DNA from: Centroscyllium fabricii
Lineage: Eukaryota
Reading direction: 5' to 3'
Length of the DNA stretch: 64,000 nucleotides
Assembly: GCA_051313645.2 (NCBI GenBank)
Contig: JBNRSN020000005.1
Location: forward strand, 49,910,001 to 49,974,000
Below the pieces are notes generated by a model, which was given only the letters and a program-made list of their open reading frames with translations, was not told the DNA's origin and did not search any database. This document shows, in pieces, positions 61,725-64,000 of this stretch (its first letter is position 1; every line of letters starts with the position of its first letter). A program made the position numbers and the translations under genes.

Positions 61725-63165
61725 CAAAATAACAGAAAACGCTGGAAAACCTCAGCAGGCCAGGCAGCATCCGTGCAGAGAGAAACAGTTAACGGGGGGG
61801 AATTTCCTGTCCCTGTGAGGCGGGGTTTTTGGTGGCCCGGTCGGCAAAATAGCGGAACCAGCGGGTTGCGATCCCCCCCCCCTGCCGTATCCCCGCCGCT
61901 TTTTCATTTTCCCCCGCCCAGATTCCCCGCCCCGAAACCTTCCCGCCGCCGGCCAACGGGGATGGGTTGTCACCTCATTAAGGGCCCTTAATTGGCATGT
62001 TTAATGGTATTTTAAGGGCCCTCAGCCATTTTGACCTGTTTCCCGCCCTAACCCCGTCACCTTAAACCCCAGCGGGAGCACAGCGCTGGTTATTACTTTC
62101 TCCTTCAAGATGTGAAGGACATGCTGCCAAATGCTTGGCATGCCTCCAGCACCTTAGTAAGTTACTCCGTGCTGGCTGCAGCAGCAGCTGAGCAGAAACT
62201 GAGAAATCTCAGCTCTGCACATTTGCTCACAGCCGGTGTTGAGCTGTCAAGGATTCTGAGCCCGCCCGCTCACCTGTCAGTCACCAGCACTTGACCTTTC
62301 CCATTGGTTCCACTCGACTGTGATGTAACAGTGGAGTGTTTCCATGGGAACTGTCAACAACCAGTGCTGGAACTGTCTATCAAACTCCTCGCAGCCCCTC
62401 TGCCTCCCGACTCTATTGACTTAATTACCACCCGCTGCCGCCGGCGGGGATTTAAAAACCCAATTAAATTTAAAATTGCGTGGCCTTCCCAGCTGTTTGG
62501 GCGGGTGGGACAGGAAGCCGCCCAGACCAATCCCCACCAGGTTCCTGCCCTTCCGGCAAAGTCCCCCCCAACGTTTCAGGTTGATGACCCTTTGTCAGAA
62601 CTGGAAAAAAGCAGGAAATGGAAAGCAAGTTTAGGGGCTGGGAAAAGGGGGCGGGGATAAAAGAACAAAAGGGAAGGTCAGTGATAGGACAGAAAGCAGG
62701 AGAGATTAAGAGACATTAACAGATATTCAAGGCAAGCGGAGGTGGTAATGGGACAGGTTAAGGAACAAAGGATGGCTCCAGATGAGGTGTGAATTGCGCT
62801 GGCAGAATGAAGGACAGCTGCCATGAGGGAGGGAAGAAAAAAAAGGGGGCCAAACAAAAAGTGTGGATAAAAAAAAAATGTATATATATATGTGATAGGG
62901 GCCGAGGTTATGATCTGAAATTGTTGAACTCTATGTCGAGTCCAAAGGGCTGCAGAGTGCCTAATCAAAAGATGAGGTGCTGTTCCTCGAGGTTACGCTG
63001 AACTTCCGTGGAACAAAGCAAGAGGCCGAGGACAGTGAGGTCTGAGTGGGAATGGAGCGGTGAATTAAAGTGACAGGCCACCGAGCGCTCGGGGTCCCCC
63101 TTTCAGACTGAACAGAGGTGTTCCTCAAAACGGTCACCCAATCTGCGTTTAGTTTCCCCATTATC
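61725..63165 (-). mobile_element. Penelope-like fragment interrupted by a MITE
   Basis: Homologous to 13915-14850 (GIY-YIG tail plus terminal repeat). Confidence 0.8.
61794..62569. mobile_element. Harbinger-like MITE (same family as 23579-24370) in a Penelope terminal repeat
   Basis: GGGGGGGAATTT...AAAGTCCCCCCC, TSD AAC. Flanks rejoin to CAGTTAACGTTTCAGG. Confidence 0.85.
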
Positions 63166-63714
63166 CAAACTGGGCAGTAGCTTTAGGAGATCAAGGTGTA
63201 CAAAGTTAATTCTACCTGCAAATTTTGAGCTCAGTCTCACAAATTAATGCAAAAATCACTAATGCATACACTCACACTGTTTATTTTCTTAAGTGAGGCA
63301 ATCAGTAATTAATGCTTAAAATAGAACATATTTAAGGGGCCCTTCACAATTTTCAACATTTTCACAAGTGTACAAAGAGTACTCTTTTTTGCTACACCCC
63401 CCCCCCCCCCCCCCCTCGGAAGTGTACACCAAAAATGTTGTTTTTTTCCAACATGGAATTTAAAAGCGGCCGGAGCAGCATTACGATGACAAAAATGCAT
63501 AAACAACCAGAATGAATAGCACAGATAAAAAAATGAAATAAAACCAAAATATAAAACTACTGTTTACAGAAATGAAAATTGTGAATACTGTATAATGAAT
63601 ACCATTGTATTAAAATATCAGTACAGTACAAGGAACTATATGCTCAGTCTGTCATTTGTTGTTAACTCACAAACACCAAATGTGCTATCTGGTAGTAGGT
63701 ACTGTATTTTCACT

Positions 63715-64000
63715 TCTGCGCCGGCCTTGCAGATTGCGGCGCTAATTCTAGCGTTGCACGACTGCAAACGCCCAATATCATGGCGCTAATTGCCGATCGC
63801 GGGTGCAGCGCTCCTTCATCATCTCCTTGCTTTCCTTTGAACTCTGGAGCCGGACAAGTCTTAAAGGGGGTAGGGGAAGCAGTGCATGATGTGTCGGCAC
63901 CCCTCCCTCATCATCTCCCCGATCTCGCCCGACCCCCCTCATCATCACCCCGATCTCGCCCGACCCCCCTCATCATCTCCCCGATCTCGCCGCACAGCAA
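63715..64000. mobile_element. Partial GC-rich MITE (family of 15263 and 51949)
   Basis: CGGCCTTGCAGATT...GGCGCTAATTGCCGATCGCG shared with 52040-52130. Confidence 0.65.

Noticed and set aside
56300-64000. Possible exons of a neighbouring gene (CLIP4 lies tail-to-tail with ALK in human), including ORF 58041-58283
   Set aside because: No recognisable CAP-Gly or other protein motif, and no convincing splice-bounded exon.

Overview
Vertebrate genomic DNA, most likely from a cartilaginous fish (shark or ray), judging by the HE1/V-SINEs, Deu-domain SINEs, CR1 LINEs and Penelope repeats. The only host gene is the 3' end of ALK on the + strand: five exons matching human exons 25-29 (12645-12737, 29814-29915, 31228-31362, 33520-33610, 36595-37404). 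Its kinase-domain introns hold a cluster of related Ty3/Gypsy LTR elements: a decayed copy A (1-4269) with a nested antisense solo LTR, an intact copy B with apparently identical LTRs (5722-10402, -), and a decayed full-length copy C (16820-21599). The most striking signal is in these elements. They have no tRNA primer-binding site. Instead, a 13-nt sequence 1 nt downstream of the 5' LTR is perfectly complementary to the LTR's own AATAAA region, with compensatory changes between B and C. This suggests self-priming and/or masking of the 5' poly(A) site. They also have a YLDN RT active site, and B and C have a hairpin over the PPT. The rest of the window is CR1, Rex1 and Penelope fragments (some with minimal hammerhead ribozymes), SINEs and many Harbinger-like MITEs. 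Coordinates were read by eye and repeat boundaries without TSDs are approximate.
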